Source of the DNA: Amoeboaphelidium protococcarum X5
Taxonomy: Eukaryota > Fungi > Aphelidiomycota
Reading direction: 5' to 3'
DNA length: 64,000 nt
NCBI GenBank assembly: GCA_023515725.1
Contig: JALDTO010000146.1
Coordinates: 930,001-994,000 of the forward strand
In this document: piece after piece, positions 28,190-42,997 of the stretch
Layout of the letters: the number at the start of each line of letters is the position of its first letter
Numbering within the stretch: the stretch's first letter is position 1
Made by a program: the position numbers and the translations under genes
The notes under the pieces: model-generated
Seen by the model: only the letters and a program-made list of their open reading frames with translations
What the model was told of the DNA's origin: nothing
Databases searched by the model: none

Positions 28190-29941
28190 TCAGATATCAG
28201 CGTCGAAAATGGAAGTGTATCCTTCCAGCAACGTCTCCACAACTTTGGAACTGGCCGCCTGTTCACGATCACTGACACCATCCTTGCTGGCATACATCAA
28301 CAGGGGTCCAAACACTGACGCCAAAGCTGAGCAAGTCATTCTATTGGCTGCACTGTTACCAGTCACCTTAACTAGATGATGTCCAAGTCGCTTCACAAGC
28401 AGATAATTTGCATCCGGAAGTTGATTAACAATTTCATGCACTGCAATCAGACGCTTATTTGGCTAATCCATGCGGCCAGCCTGCACTAATTTCTACTGAA
28501 AGGCTACAGTCAGCACGGGAGATGGCAAACTGGACAGAAATTCTTTAACAACTCCACAGACAGCATGAACATCAGAGGACCACTCTGGATCGTACAAATT
28601 GACACTCATTGCATTGTTGTCAAACTGGCGCTTTAACTTTTGCAATTTCGTGGCGGAAGGATTCAATCTGTACAGTCCGCTCGCATTCATACCATACGAC
28701 TCTACGGCCTGGAAACACTACTCCAACACCACTGGTACATCTACACCATCGCGTTCGACCAGATATTCCAAATCAACTCCGAATTATCTATTAACTTTCT
28801 TTCCATTATTACCGGAGGTAACTGTAGCAGAATTAGCAGTTAAAGATAGCCCTTTAATGGCGTCACCAGGGATAGACTCAACATCCTGGGCAACACTAGC
28901 CGCACTCTCATAAAAGCTATCCTGTCTGTTATAGGCGTTGTCACCTCTAGCAGCGGCTGACTACAGTATCTAAGATGAATAACTACCAGCAACACCATTA
29001 GATTAAATAAATTGAGCCACCTCAACAGAGATATCTCTCTGTCCATCAATAGAGTTAAACTTTTCAATCAATGTCAGGCCAGAGCTTCCACCATTTATCT
29101 CGCTGACATCGTGCTGGATAGATTCATTCATCAACTTGGCATACTACAGCATATAAGCCTTCAACGCGGTATCAGTCTCCGTACACAGCTCTTTCAAATC
29201 CTTAATGTATCCTGGTAGCTTAACACTTAAGTAATCGTGTCTCTTGGAATCAAAGTCAGCCATATTTGCAGCAAAAGCATTCTAAGCATTACGAGCGTCA
29301 ATATGCTTTTCTTATAGGCTCTTCTTTTTGCCAAACACATTCTTCAAAGACAGCGAACTCTACGTGGATTACTAATAGCTACTAGTCCCATCCCATTCGC
29401 TAGTCTAATGACGCTCCACCTCCTTATGAGCATCTTCAAACTTGATCTTGGAGTGGTTCATACGGTTCTCAGCGGCGCTCAGAGCAGATTTATCATTGTT
29501 ATTGCTACTCTTGACTTGTTTACGGTTCTTGTCTGCAGTAACAATAAGCTATTGTAGTTCTGCGGCATGCTAGCTACAAACTTTACCAAATTGAGAGCGG
29601 TCGTCCTGTGTGGAAAGAGTCAGTGACTTGAGCACATCCCAAGCTTGGGAGAATGTTCCAACTTTTGTCAACTAATTGCCACCGCTATGTGCACCTACTG
29701 AAGTAGAATCATAAGCTTAGCTATTAGGTGACTGGGGCATTGCGTTCACCAACTTTCGAACTTCCTTGGCATAATCTTCTTCACATTGACCCTTCTTGCG
29801 CAGAAACTTTTCCAACTCTTTACATGCCGCAATATTGTTCTTCAAATAGCTGTTCAGAAACTCTAATGATCCTTCAGTTTGTGAAAGTTACAGAATTTAC
29901 TGCATCTCCTTACTATTATTACTTAGAGCTGACTGAAGCAT
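28190..29941 (-). CDS. F-BAR + RhoGAP protein (Rgd1-like)
   Basis: N-terminal ELEKFLRKKGQCEEDYAK (FCH). C-terminal FGVDL..VPVVL, GLYRLNP, DVHAVCGVVKEFL, NRMTCSALASVFGP. 584 codons. Confidence 0.85.
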
Positions 29942-30415
29942 ATCAACAAAATTTTAAATAATATTTGATGTACCAAGAACTAAAGAGAGAGTTATAAATT
30001 CAAATACTAATCCGATCGTCAGTCAGTCCGTCAGTGTGATGAAACAATGAGCAACAGATTCGAACAATTGTGAAAAAAAAGATAGACGATGAAACGAGCA
30101 AGGTTTCGTTGATTATCCGCTTATGATTACGGAAAAGATCTCTGAAAGTGACTGTATGGTTCGGTACTAATTTTGATTCAAAGAGACTTTAATCATACGC
30201 CATTTCTAAAGATACTCTACATGGTATTTGCAAATAAAAATTACACTTCTTTCATCAGTTGAACAAGAAATTAATTTCAAAGCACTGAGCGATCATCAGT
30301 AAGTTTAAAACAGCGACACGGATGTAAGATTGAGTGCATCGCGCGCGACCATAAGTTCTGCGTAATCATCAATTTTGAATTTTCATTAATTTTGCTAATC
30401 AAACCATAATTAAAT

Positions 30416-31174
30416 ATGTCTGCGCCGTTAGATACTCTGTTGCTCTCTCAGTTAAAGTTCCATTGGCCGACCGTTGTTCTGAGTTTCGCCGTGTGGTAGG
30501 CCGTAATGCTTGCTTCTAGAAGAGTGTCTCCGCTTTTGGTGCCGTAATATTCAAAATTGTTGCGACAAAAGCAAATATAATGGGACATTCGCGTGGTTGC
30601 GTTACTACACTCTGTATTGATATCTGCTCTGTCTCTCATTGTACTGAATGATGAGCAGCTGTATCGTAATCGACTTCTTGGCTACTCGTACGTGTCTGGC
30701 CAAGTCTACGCTATAGCGATCGGATTCTTCACTTGGGATTTGTACATTTGCATCGTGCATTACAAGGATTATGGTCTAGGATTCCTGGTACACGCGCTGT
30801 CATGTCTGCTTGTATTCTTGTATAGTATGACGCCTTTCGCAATGTACTATGGAGCAGTTTTTCTGTTGTTTGAGCTTAGTACGCCATTCCTCAATATGCA
30901 CTGGTTCATGATCAAGTTGTAGAAGGAGGGATCAAAATGGTATCGCATCAATGGTGTCCTTTTGGCTGCGTCGTTCTTCTTGGTGCGCATCATCTATGGT
31001 TTTTACATGAGCTTCTAGTTCCTTAGAGATTTAAATTATCATCAGGCTGCTGTTCCGCTATTCCACAAGACTCTGTATCCTTTGGCTAACGTGGTGCTCA
31101 ACTCGTTAAACTTGTTTTGGTTCTCCAAGATTCTCAGTGGGATGTTTTCATTAATCCGATCCAAGTAGCATTGA
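30416..31174 (+). CDS. TLC-domain membrane protein (TMEM56/Tda4-like)
   Basis: WDIRVVALLHS, GFFTWDL, FLVHA, FELSTPFLNMHWF, FFLVRI, LNLFWF. 253 codons. Confidence 0.88.
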
Positions 31175-31300
31175 ACTCACTCAGCTTACTGTGATATTTT
31201 AGTCAAATTTTGGCATTGTCTCTGAATAATTAAAGTTTAATACATCTGCATTTATAAGACCGATATTTTTATTGTGATTCTATTAATATCAAAGCAGTAT

Positions 31301-33889
31301 TCAATACTTGGTGACATTGATTAGAAAATTCTGAAGTACCTCCTTTCCCTTGATCAAATTGAGGACTCGTATACGTTCATTGGGCAAATGTGCATTGTCT
31401 GAACTCTGTCCGAGAGGAATATGGACCACACACGCGTTAAAATACTACTCTAACCATGGGATAGCCGGTATAGAACCTCCTTCTCGAATTAACAGTGGCG
31501 ACTTGTTCCATACTTTGAAAATGGCATCGTGAGCCGCCTTAAAATGCTTACACTCAGCCACTTTACCCAACCACCAATTCGCTCTATGACTTACAGTGAG
31601 CGTAAGAGTGTTGCGAGTCTTCAACTATAGGAACTGATTCTTCAGGTACTGCTCCAACTTTTAAATCACATCATCCATTTGCTAATTAGGCACAATGCGC
31701 ATACTGACATGAGCGGTGACTTGACGCGGTATAATAGTATTCGACAGATTGGTGCCAACTTGAATCTGATGAATGGTGAAAGTAGGCTCTCTCCATTTAG
31801 CCTTCAATTGTCTTAGCTATTTAGCGATATTTTCATCAGTCAGCGGGAGTTTCTTCTTACCTAAATCGTACTCTATCAGTGTTCGATAAGACTTGGACTC
31901 CTCGTCAGTGATAGGCGCAACATTATCCGAAAATCCGTCAATTCGGACAGTTTTGTCACAGCGATCATACACATTACTCAAAATCTTGACCATATCGTCT
32001 AATGGCTCATCAAGACTGCCTCCATGGACACCTGAATGGACATCATCCTGAACATGGCCGGTGATTTCAATCTTTGCATGAACAACACCGCGCAATCCAT
32101 ACGTAATACACGGAATATCATCATCATACCAATAAGAATTGCTAAGAAGTATCAAGTCAATCTAGTCTCCAATAAAATCTACATTATCTTAAATAGCATC
32201 ATAGAAGCCGGTACTTCCACTCTCTTCTTCTCCTTCAATGACGAAGACCACATTGCAACCGAGAGCCTTCTACTAGTATAAGTCGCGCACGGCAAACATC
32301 ATAGAAAGCAGAGGGCCTTTATTATCTGAAACTCCTCTACCATGAAGATATCCATCACGACCCGACATGCTGAATGGATCGGTATGCCACAAGTTTCTCT
32401 TCACCGGGGTCACATCGTAATGTCCATAAAATAACAAAGTCTTTGCTCGTTAACTTCCATTAGCAGATTATGAACTGGAAATAACACTAGAGTTAAATTT
32501 AGCCATCACAACTGGATTCTTACCCTCAATACGATTGGCCACCAGGCGTGTATTTGCACCAAGATCCTTGAATAGAATACGTAAAAACTTTGCTGCATCC
32601 CAGCATGCATTTATAAGATTTTTATCTCCACTGATGCTCTAGAAAGATATAAACTCTTCCAGTGCCAGTATAAGATCATTACTAACATCCGACTCCGCAT
32701 TCTATGACCCTATGGAGATAGTATTATTATCCACCTGTTGCGTTTTATCTTATTCTTCTTGTATGGCACCATGAATCTCATTTCCAACTGACCATACACG
32801 AACGTATCCATTCAGTTCAGTGCTAAAGAACAGCGACATTTATCCAACATCCAGGGATAGAATACAACTGTCGGGGAGGCTCATAATCTACATGCACTCG
32901 AATCTCTTGTTCCACATTCTAATGTATCCATCAAATGCGGCGGTCAGAAGATAATCTCTAGAGTGACAACATATAGCAATTATATCATCATTATGAGCTT
33001 AGACAGTACGAAGCAGTTGGAAAGTCTCCAAATCGTACAACTTGAGTTCACCGCGTTGAAGACCAGCATACATTAAACCATCCTTACGACAAATCTCCAA
33101 CGCTATTACACTTCCTTTACTCGCTTAAATCGATTTCTAGATGGTGATACTACCATTCTCTGATAATCGCCATATGTTAATACAGCCATCACCACCAACA
33201 GATACTAGAGTGTCATCTTGCGCAGACTCAGAACTCTCAATTATGGATAGCTAATTCACTGATCCCCTGTGTGCAAGATGATGCATTTACTCCTCAAGAA
33301 TAACAAATACATTATCAGCAGGAACATTTGCAATCTAAATAGGATCCACCTGGAAGAATCTGGAATCTTGCCGTGTCCATTGCTTCTCCATCCGTTTACT
33401 GAACGCTTTCTTAACACTGGGACATCCATACTCGCCTTCATCTCTTACAGTATAATCATCTTTATTCACTTATTTAAGAACAGAAGTTGATAGCTAGAAC
33501 CAGCATATCTGAGTATTCTTACAACCAAAGTAGAGGTGATCATTTCTGGCACAGTACGCAATGCTCTAAACATCACCACAGTTTCTTGTGCTTCTCAAGA
33601 CTTTAATACACTGAAACGACGAGAAGTCAGACGCGCAAGACCATACTTTAACATTTCCATCTCCACCAACTGAGACAAGCATATTTTTTCTATCTCTCAC
33701 ATATAGAATAGAGAATACGTGATTGTCATGTGCTTTCACTCGATTCAACATTGTAAATGAGTCAACAGAGTACATGTACATATATCCAGACTCTCCTCCA
33801 ACAACAACCACTCCATCAGGCAGAGCACGAACGCAGGTAATGGGCTCATTATTATGTGTAAATACATGGGAGCAATGTGCAATCGACAT
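31301..33889 (-). CDS. DUG2: WD40 + M20 peptidase, glutathione degradation complex subunit
   Basis: N-terminal WD repeats, then YGHYDV, GRGVSDNKGP, EGEEESG, TYGLRGV, HSGVHGG, REGGSIP, DNAHLPNERI. 863 codons. Confidence 0.9.
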
Positions 33890-33978
33890 TTTAATATGGA
33901 TAACTGAAATATGGAGAATGTTTCAGGATGCTTATTATTGCTAAAGGTTCAACTTGCTGTGTTGAATAGAACGGTCAA

Positions 33979-34003
33979 GAAAGAGAGAAAGAGAGAGAGA
34001 GAG
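33979..34003. repeat. (GA)n-rich microsatellite
   Basis: gaaagagagaaagagagagagagag directly visible. A similar tract lies at about 48065-48082. Confidence 0.7.
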
Positions 34004-35462
34004 AAAGGTGAAACTTTGTTCTCCAAGTGGAAATAGAGTGAACAATCTTTTCCTCTTCGCGCGCGTCAACTGGTTTAGTCTAAGCCGTGATGGATGCAAC
34101 TCGAATAGTCCATACTATGATGATTATGTTGTAAAGCTCAGCTCACCTCTTGGAAAAAATAAAATTTGTAAGGCATTAGCTGAGTCGCGGAAGATAGTTG
34201 GTGTCGCAAGTAGTCTGTAGCTGTTGCCAGAGGGTTTCAAGGCTATGATTAATGATAAGCATTAGAAGATATCAGACGCGCATCCCTTCAAGAATCAACT
34301 ACTGTATAAATGCTCCTCACTCAATTTGATAACAATGAATTCATGCCGGCTTACAGCTGCTGTATATTTACCATACAATGTTAAATTGATTGAGCTTTGG
34401 AATGAGTGGAAAAGATAAAAGTGTCATGTAGTTCCAACTGCTCTGGGCACATAGAAGGCACACAGGAAGCTTACTGCATTCTGTTTGAGGTTGCGTAATA
34501 GGATCATTGTGGAAGTTTGGGAGATAAAAGCTGAAGTAATGAGAGTTGCGGTGTAATATAAATTCAAGATACATGTAATATCTTTAGTGCAGTCAGGCAG
34601 GAGTGCTGATAGAAGCAACTAACAAACAAGTAGGCGGTAGATGGATTGAAGTATGCTTTTGGCGCATTGCAAGAGCTATCCAATGGCTTATAGGAGGTGC
34701 TCTACACCGGAATGTTTGAGGAAGGGTAGAAAGTAGAAAGGATGTAGGTGACAAAGAAGGATTCTGGGCATTTCAGGTGGAAGGTGATGGAAATCGAGAG
34801 TGTATTGTGTTGGAACCTCTACACGAAGTGCAAGCTACAAATGAGCTTATTATGCTGGCAAAGAAGAGGACGGTAGATGTTGATGGGTGACCAAATATAA
34901 ATTATTTGCGTAAAAGGGGGAGTCAATGTAACGTATTAAGACGCGTGCTGGAATTGCGTGAACTACAATTTAATGGCAGGATCATGCATGTGACAAGTGA
35001 AGATTAATTAGTACTGCAACGATTTGCCTAGATAGACGCCTTCTCAAGTGGCTGAATAAGTCAAAGTGGAGAGCATGGAACAGATGAAATTAATAATTCA
35101 CTTTGAGACTAAAAGGAGCATCTATAGACTCCAGCGATTATAGAAAGGAGACGGTGACAAAAGTAAAGAATAAGCTGTGAGGAGTACGTGCGATTGCATT
35201 CTAATCGAAATTGTCCTCGAAGGCAGGATACACGGCTGCTTCGGAAATAATGGACTGTGCATGAAGTGGAACGAAATTTTATTAGATTGAATATGGTGTA
35301 TGCGCGATTGCTAAAGTGGGCATGGGCGTTATCATATATCAAACTAATTCGTTCTCAAAATGTAGATTATCTCTATAAGAATAGCAAATGTTTTATTCAT
35401 ACTATCCATTTCGGGCTAATCTATTCTCTATTTAATTCATTCATTCACAATAGTGACATTGC

Positions 35463-37794
35463 TCATAAAGCATTGAGATTCTAAATCATTTCATCACTTT
35501 CATGCATCAAGGCTTCAATGAAGGCTAGCGCCTTCTTTAATTTAACTTACGCATTCTTCAGTTCCAATTTCATGTCCAACTCTTTCAATTCCAGCTGCAT
35601 ATGAGGAATGTCAGTTCCAAATTTAGTGAGCAACTTGGATTTGAGGATTCGGTTCTCTTCTTCAAGTTGAAGTACACGCTCTCGCATCTATTATACTTCC
35701 GGTTGAGCAGCGACACTCACAGATTATCTCGATGACAGTGGCGCGCTCACAGTGTAACCGTCTAAGTTAGTAGGAGCAATAGATGTAAGAGGACTGAATG
35801 GAGTCATTTAATCACTCATTGGTGAAACAGGGGAACTTGATCTATGATCTCTATTGTTACCCGGCTTGCTTGAACCAGACTATTATTGATATTACTGCGG
35901 ATAACTGAATTGCTACTGTTACTGCTACTATTACTATTACTGATGAATGCCACTTATAGACATGGATTTCTGCTTATCATACATACCAGACTTGGAATCC
36001 AACGACCGTTACTACTACTGCGTGTACTAAGGATCAACGGTGGACGACGGCGATGTAGGATTCCTAGACAATGTTGTCAACATGAACGCACTCCTTCTCT
36101 TATCACTTGATTTATCAAGGGCGAGGTTGGATGCAGTCTAATCTCTGCTTCTACTTAAATTATCAGTTGTTCCAAAAATTTGGCTCTTCCACTAGGCGAG
36201 CGATGAGTTGGAATTAGTCTTCTTCAGGTAAGTCTTTGTCAAATCATCCAGGATACTCTTACGCGTCCTATTGCGAAGTTGGGTGAATTTAACACTCTAC
36301 TATGCAGCATTTTCACCATTAATCAGTTTCCCCAACACGAAATCCTTCAGCGTCTTATTCATCTCAAAGAACGACTACTCCATTGGATATGGGCCAAACT
36401 CGGGGACATCCGACTTCCTGGCACAAGACACCCTAAATAACTGCTGACCATCAGGATTCGGATTCTCCGCCGGCTCAATGATTATAAAAAAGTGCGGGAA
36501 CTAAGACACGATACATGAAGTGCTGAAAGGAGTCGCACTATTCTCCTTAAACACCAATATGCCAATATCATTTCCAATGTGAGCCTTACGCTCTAACTAC
36601 TACTTGTTAGTCTATGACAAAGGCAGCATATCGCTGACATGAAACATGACATTCATGTTCTTATGTTTAGCCACCACAGAATCAAGGCCAGTGGTATCCT
36701 TCGTAGTGTCCAGACCACCGCGATATCCTTTAAAGCCTTTTAACTTTACTTTCTCACCAATGGATTACAAAAACTTTTGATACAAATCGCTCGTCTTAGT
36801 GTTGGCGAATATCTCATCCTCGCTCGCCTCCTGCCCTTCCTTGACGTACAAAACTCCGAATTTGAAATTAATCTAAATCAACTTCTCCTCCATATTCAAC
36901 AGTTCAAATGGCAGTTTTGGATCATCAATCTCTTTCAACTTGGCACTTTCACATTGAGGAAATAGACAGCAAAGCACCTCTTTAGTACTCAACTTCGCCG
37001 TAAACGACGCCCTCTTATTATCGCGTATCATGCCCTGAATCTCCACGTCCGATCTACAGACGTACGCAAATCGCGTCGCCGATCTGAAGATTCCGCGGTA
37101 GATATAAGACTGATTTTTGTTACCAGAGGATTAAGTCAAATCTCTCATTTTATTATCAACCTCTTTGCGCAGACTCACACATATACTTCCCAAATCTGGA
37201 TGGAATCCCATAAGATTCTTGTGCTCTACACACACTTGATCAATAGCAATTGATGAATGGTATATTTTCAGTCGGACTGTAATATGATTTAAAGACATTA
37301 CCTCTGCCAGAGAAATATTATCTATACACAAACGGATCCTCAGATTCTGACTCCAGATGCTCCATTTTGAATGATGAGTTGTGACTTGATATCACTGCAC
37401 TTTACACCTTCTACTTTCCATCAAAGTACTCCATCGGACTATAGTTTTCAATAATCATCTTTTCATCATCTGCGATTAACTGCTTCTCTGTCTGATGACT
37501 GTGTTTCTCACTAATTAGTTTACCGCCATTAGTTTAAATTAATAGTGGCACCTATTTCGATGCTTAAAACTTGAGCGATGTATTAGACTATCGCTTGTTA
37601 TTATTATTAAAGCTTGATATGTTGTTCATATTGGGAATATTAGCAGCGCTTTATGACTATCGCCTCTTGATATCATCACTCATCTACTGAAGCTCTTGAA
37701 TAAACTCCTAATCACTTTCTTCTTCATCACTTGGTAGATAGACTACAGATGGAGATCTAACTTATCTCGCTGTACTTACATGCAATTCACTCAT
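35463..37794 (-). CDS. Rap GTPase-activating protein (Rap1GAP-like); intron 37226-37301
   Basis: YRQYFSGREH, FKFGVLYVK, FKGYRGGLD, VMFHVS, QQLERKAHIGNDI, RRVRVSWM, C-terminal coiled coil. Confidence 0.9.
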
Positions 37795-38271
37795 TTTATC
37801 TACTGATTTTTCGATATCACTATTGTTTCAACTCTGTTAATCAAAATATAAAATTAAATCTATCTATTATGATTATAAGTAGAGGATAGACAAATTCTCG
37901 AGATCAAACAAGGATGATAACATTCAGAGTTGAAGGCTATTTTTATACAATTTCGCTGTATTATATCGAAAACAATTCAACTCAAACATTATGGTTATCT
38001 GGGTTAATTGAGCATACTGGCCATTTTAGTATCTCGAAATGCTGGATTGACCTTCTCTTATTGACATCAGAATTCAATCTAAAGGGGTGATCTGCGTGTT
38101 TAGTCGCTTAAGTTCTACGCTCAGTCGCTCACCTTTTATATCTTTCTGCTGTTGCTACACAGTAATCTGAGATTATTTGAGCTGCGATTTAGTTGCCACT
38201 GCTTTATTCTACATCTCAGTTTTTATAATTTCATTTTAAAATACTTGTAATAACCGCATAATACTTAAAAC

Positions 38272-39852
38272 ATGGATACTGATTAAGGAGAGTTTACCTT
38301 GCATAGTCTCCAACTTCCGTCAAAGAATTCCGATGCTGATCTCAATAAAGATTCCACCTACGTAGATGATCAAGAGGATGAAGAACTATAACACCATCTG
38401 CAGATACTTTAAAATAATGAGCTGGATGTGGACGGTTCGCAGAATGCCAATAATAACAACGGAAAAAGTTCTATATTGTCCGCAGTGCTCAACTTTACTA
38501 ATTCCATCGTCGGTGCTGGCATAATCAGTCTTCCGTACTCACTTCTCTAAGCTGGATTCTGGTGGGGAGTGATTATGATGGCTGCGCTAGCTTATGTTGT
38601 AGATTGGACTGTGCGCATATTGGTCCGATCTAGCAAATACACTGGTAAGAATACATATTAGGAAGTAACAGAGTATGCGTTCGGGTAGCGCGGTAATGTG
38701 ATAATTTCCATTTGTTAGTTTGTGTTTGCATTCGGAGCAATGTGTGCATACGCTGTGATTATCGGAGATACCATTCCGCCTGTACTCAGATCATTGGTGG
38801 GAACTGATATCGTCTATGGTAATGCAATCCTTACATTTCTATTTAGCAGGCGATTGATTATTATTCTATCCATCACGCTTGTCTGCTTCCCGCTATGCCT
38901 ATTTCGAGATATCAGCAAGTTGGCCAACACTAGTGCTGTAGCATTGATTATGATTTTGATTATCACCGTGTGTATTGTCATTAGTGCCTCTAATATGGAC
39001 AGTAGTTTGAGAGATGATAATCCGCCACTTGACTTTATGCATCCATCCACAATGATTCGATCGATTGGTGTCATGTCGTTTGCCTTTGTATGTCATCACA
39101 ACTCCTTCATAATTCACCAGTCTCTGGCCACGCCTACACTGGATCGATGGTCAACAGTGGCTCATTTCTCTACTCTGCTGTCGCTGCTCCTCTCCTTGGT
39201 GTTCGCCGTTATCGGCTACTCGTACTTTGGTAGATTGACTGATGCTAATATTCTGAACAACTTTAGCCAAGATGATTCTGTTATCAATTTCGCTCGTATT
39301 CTATTTGCACTCAATATGTTCACCACGTTTCCGCTGGAGTGTTTTGTCTGTCGAGAGGTGATTGAGAATTTCTATTTCAGTGGACACGGCAAGACATCGC
39401 CAAAGATGCACTTGGCTATTACATCTGCTCTTGCATTCACCGCGATGACTATATCCTTGGTAACGTGCAACTTGGGATACGTGGTGGAATTGACTGGTAG
39501 TATAGCTGCTACGGTTCTTGCATATATTCTACCGCCAACGCTATTGTTCTATCTCTCAAAGACTCCGATTATTTAAAATGAATATACATCTATTGGTGGA
39601 GGTGATAACGACAACGATGACGGTGTAAGTAGCTAGAATCTGAGAGTAATGGACCGAAGAAATCGTTTGATTAACGTGTTGAAGGGAATATATGCCGCTG
39701 TGAAAGACCGAAATTATGCCGCTGTTAATTGGGACAAAATTCTATGCGTGGCCTGTGTTATGTTCGGCGTCACCGTGATGATTGTTAGTTGCTTTAATAT
39801 TGTCAGTGACGCGTTATCTCCGTCCACAGAGGTGAAGAAGTGCTACTGGTGA
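38272..39852 (+). CDS. AVT2: Amino acid transporter, Aa_trans family (Avt2/SLC38A11-like)
   Basis: NFTNSIVGAGII.LPY, FAFGAMCAYAVIIGDTIP, FAFVCHHNSF, TTFPLECFVCRE. 527 codons. Confidence 0.88.
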
Positions 39853-40048
39853 AAAGCATAATGCGCTTTCAGTGTACCTATGTATAACTATGTCATATAA
39901 TTTAATGAACAATAGATTGCAGTTATTTGCAAAACATTTCGCGTACTTTATCATTAACTTGAATTTGATATTTTCATTCACGCGAATCTCTTTGTTTGAA
40001 CTTCTTCTATTTACCTCATTGCTGTTTAAATAGAGAGAATATACTATA

Positions 40049-41473
40049 ATGAAACAAAGTGTCAATATAATAAGGAAAGAAATAGCTTTGGTGGTGGCTG
40101 TGGTGATATGCTGGTCAGTAGTATGGGCGCTATGTCACAACTTTTACTTTAAGCATTCAGTACGCACAATTGTAACTCGAATGAAAGTTACACCATCGAC
40201 ACCCGCGAGGTGGTAGGATAATATGCATTCTTTAAACTTGGGAGGTGGTGACCATCTAGCTGAAATATTATGGAACATTGATGTTAATGGAAGCGGGAGA
40301 CTTTTTGTAGGAGATACCATCTATATAAAGCTCGTTAGAACTAAACTAACTGACGGCTTGACAGTCATGGCTAATTTGACGTTTAATGATCACCTCTTTT
40401 CATACAACCTTGCACTGGGACATGATGTTCGTGTTGCATTTACTAAAAAAGGTGCTGCAAGTATATCCATATTCAACGGTGATATTCTACTGTTCAGCTA
40501 CATTTTTAAGGTATATGATTTGTGCTCGCGTATAACATCAAAGAACTACAGCTGGTAACATTCTTCGATAGATGGCCATAACAGGTGGATACCGCGCGAT
40601 TGCCTTCTGCTTAATACTACGCTTATTACTACAAGTGCTTCTCCATTGCCTATAAGATAGTTGAATATACATTTTCTAGGTAATTCTCATATCAGAAACT
40701 TATTCAGATGCTCTGCTGATGTACTTTCAAGTGGGAGAAGTTTACTCGATGCTCATCTACCCGTCCCGTGTAATAAGACTGCACTTAATGCAACAAGGGG
40801 TGCTAATCACTGCCTAAGTTGTCTCAATGTATCTCCTCTACATGGATTTGATTATAGCTACACTGTTAGAGAAAGTGGAGGTAACATAACACTACATGAT
40901 CAATGGGTAGTTGTGTACGATGTAGCCCCTAAAGTACGGAGGAGATGCGAATAAAAGCATTCTAGTATTATAAATAATACAGATCGCGTAGAATGTATGC
41001 TTTAATCAGTTACTAAAGATGCTGGATACCGTGGTCATCACCTGGGCATTGAAGTTTTACAGAGGCTGAGTAGTACACTTTAATCTGATAAAAGTACCTT
41101 TGTAGTGCTAAATTTTTACTTATAGTTGACTCCTTTAGAAATAATAAAGTTGCGACTGATCCCCTGGCTAAAGTAATATCAAAACAGAGTGATTCTAGTA
41201 GTTGATGCTCACGCTGGTCCTAAATTTGCGCAATTGATCAGATCACTTGGCCGGGAAACACCAAAGTTATCTATTATTGATCTAAGGTACCTGTATTCTG
41301 CATATGAAAGTAAGATATAAACTCAAGATATAGACGGCGCAGGATTTTGGAATAAAGAGCACATTTACGCGCCACTTTAACGAGTTTTGGTTTAGACTGT
41401 GATGACTGAAGTTTAAGCGCGACTACTTCGACAAGATTACGCATCTTTATAACAATTTATCAATAATTAATGA
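40049..41473 (+). CDS. Type II membrane protein, putative SGNH/PC-esterase (NXPE-like) fold
   Basis: 475-codon TGA-free frame. N-terminal signal anchor, RWIPRDCLL, HFLGNSHIRNLF, late KEH. Confidence 0.55.
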
Positions 41474-41531
41474 AACTTGCTATGTAAGTAGTTAATGTAA
41501 ATTATTAGTAATCACCTTGCTAAAGTCTCAA

Positions 41532-42260
41532 TCAACCAGCCATGTCACGCTTTCTGCCTCTTAGACGAACTTCTTCTAAGCGTTTCATGACTGCGCGCGA
41601 GTTTTTACTTCTTACCGCGTATTAAGCCAAAATGTCATCAAACATTTGGCCAAGTTCAGCGTGCGTTGACGAGAAGGCGCGTTCCAGCACGTATAAATCC
41701 ACAGCCTTATCCTCCTCCATCTGCGACACGAAACTTAGCCCGAAATCGATTAGGTACAAGTCATTAGTGTCCTGCTGAATGAGCATATTCGATGTTGTCA
41801 AATCACCGTGTATGTTATCGGAATCGTGCATGATTGCCAGAGTCTCGCCAATGAGGTGAGCCAGTCGCTTTAGATTGAAATGCTTTTGATAATCTTCAGC
41901 ATCTACATCACTGTATCGTGGATGTTTTTATATGAAATTCTTCACTGTATCGCCTTTGATCTATTCCATGAATATCTTATTTCCATCAACCTTATACACT
42001 ACCGGGACATTTATGAGCAGCAACTATAATCGAGCCAATGCACGCGCTTCATTCACAATTCTTTAATGAGTCAATCGCTTGTCGATCACTGAATGTCTAT
42101 ACCGTTTTGACAATCTCTCCTTCACAATCACGTCAATACCAATAAAATCTTATCGAGATATAGTCTACTTTAACGATAAATTAACTAAAAATCGCGCTTA
42201 TATATATCATAATCTTACCGCTTCCGCTCCTTACGCTACAATACTTGATAGCTCACACAT
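41532..42260 (-). CDS. BUD32: KEOPS complex kinase Bud32/TP53RK; 1 intron
   Basis: QGAEA (Q=TAA), HGDLTTSN, IDFGL, EDKAVDLYVLERAF, C-terminal VRLRGRKRDMAG*. Confidence 0.94.
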
Positions 42261-42391
42261 GATGCTTTTTTGTAGTTCCAACGTTGCTCGATATTAAATA
42301 CAAAATCATCAAAGTGGACAAGGGGATCTATTCTCTGTTATCGCTTTTTACTTTGTTGAGTGGATAATAAATTAAACCAAAATTTAAACAT

Positions 42392-42913
42392 ATGAAGGTT
42401 TTGGAAAATTAAGACGCGCTTCTAAGCAACTATGAGGTGTATAAGATACTATCAGAGAGGCAAGCTGATAGAAAGTCTGTTGGTAATAAAAAGAAGCCGG
42501 GAGTCAAGTAATAACCCAACGTTGCAACCATTGAATTTGAGGTATTTGCACATTGATAGATTGCAGACAATTTATAGTGCCACCCGTATACATCATGTAG
42601 ACTAAGAAATACATGAAAGATTCTGGTGTCAATAAGCTTAATGATGGTGATATCCTGCATTTTCTAGAATAGACGCGAGATTTGAAATTGACAAAGCTTG
42701 AGAAATTGTAAATACTTAATCTACGTCCTTAATCTCTAGTTGATTTGTACATAGTAAGTTGTTAATCATGATATCATTAGGATATGAGTATCTATAATAT
42801 GTGTGTAGATAGTTGAGCACCTCGAGAGCCGATTTAATGATCCTGAGTCTTTATTGGAGACTATAATGAATGCTCTCCCTCAGACTGACAATGAGGATGC
42901 AATGAAAGAATGA
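42392..42913 (+). CDS. RPC17: RNA polymerase III subunit RPC9/Rpc17 (CRCP); introns 42542-42600 and about 42754-42808
   Basis: MKVLENQDALLSNYEV, LTKLEKLQILNLRP, IVEHLESRF. Confidence 0.88.
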
Positions 42914-42997
42914 TGAGTATATACACTATTGTCAACACTTTAATACATTTATCTAGAATCATAATTTGTCGCGTCCTTTATGTCGCATATCAATAAA

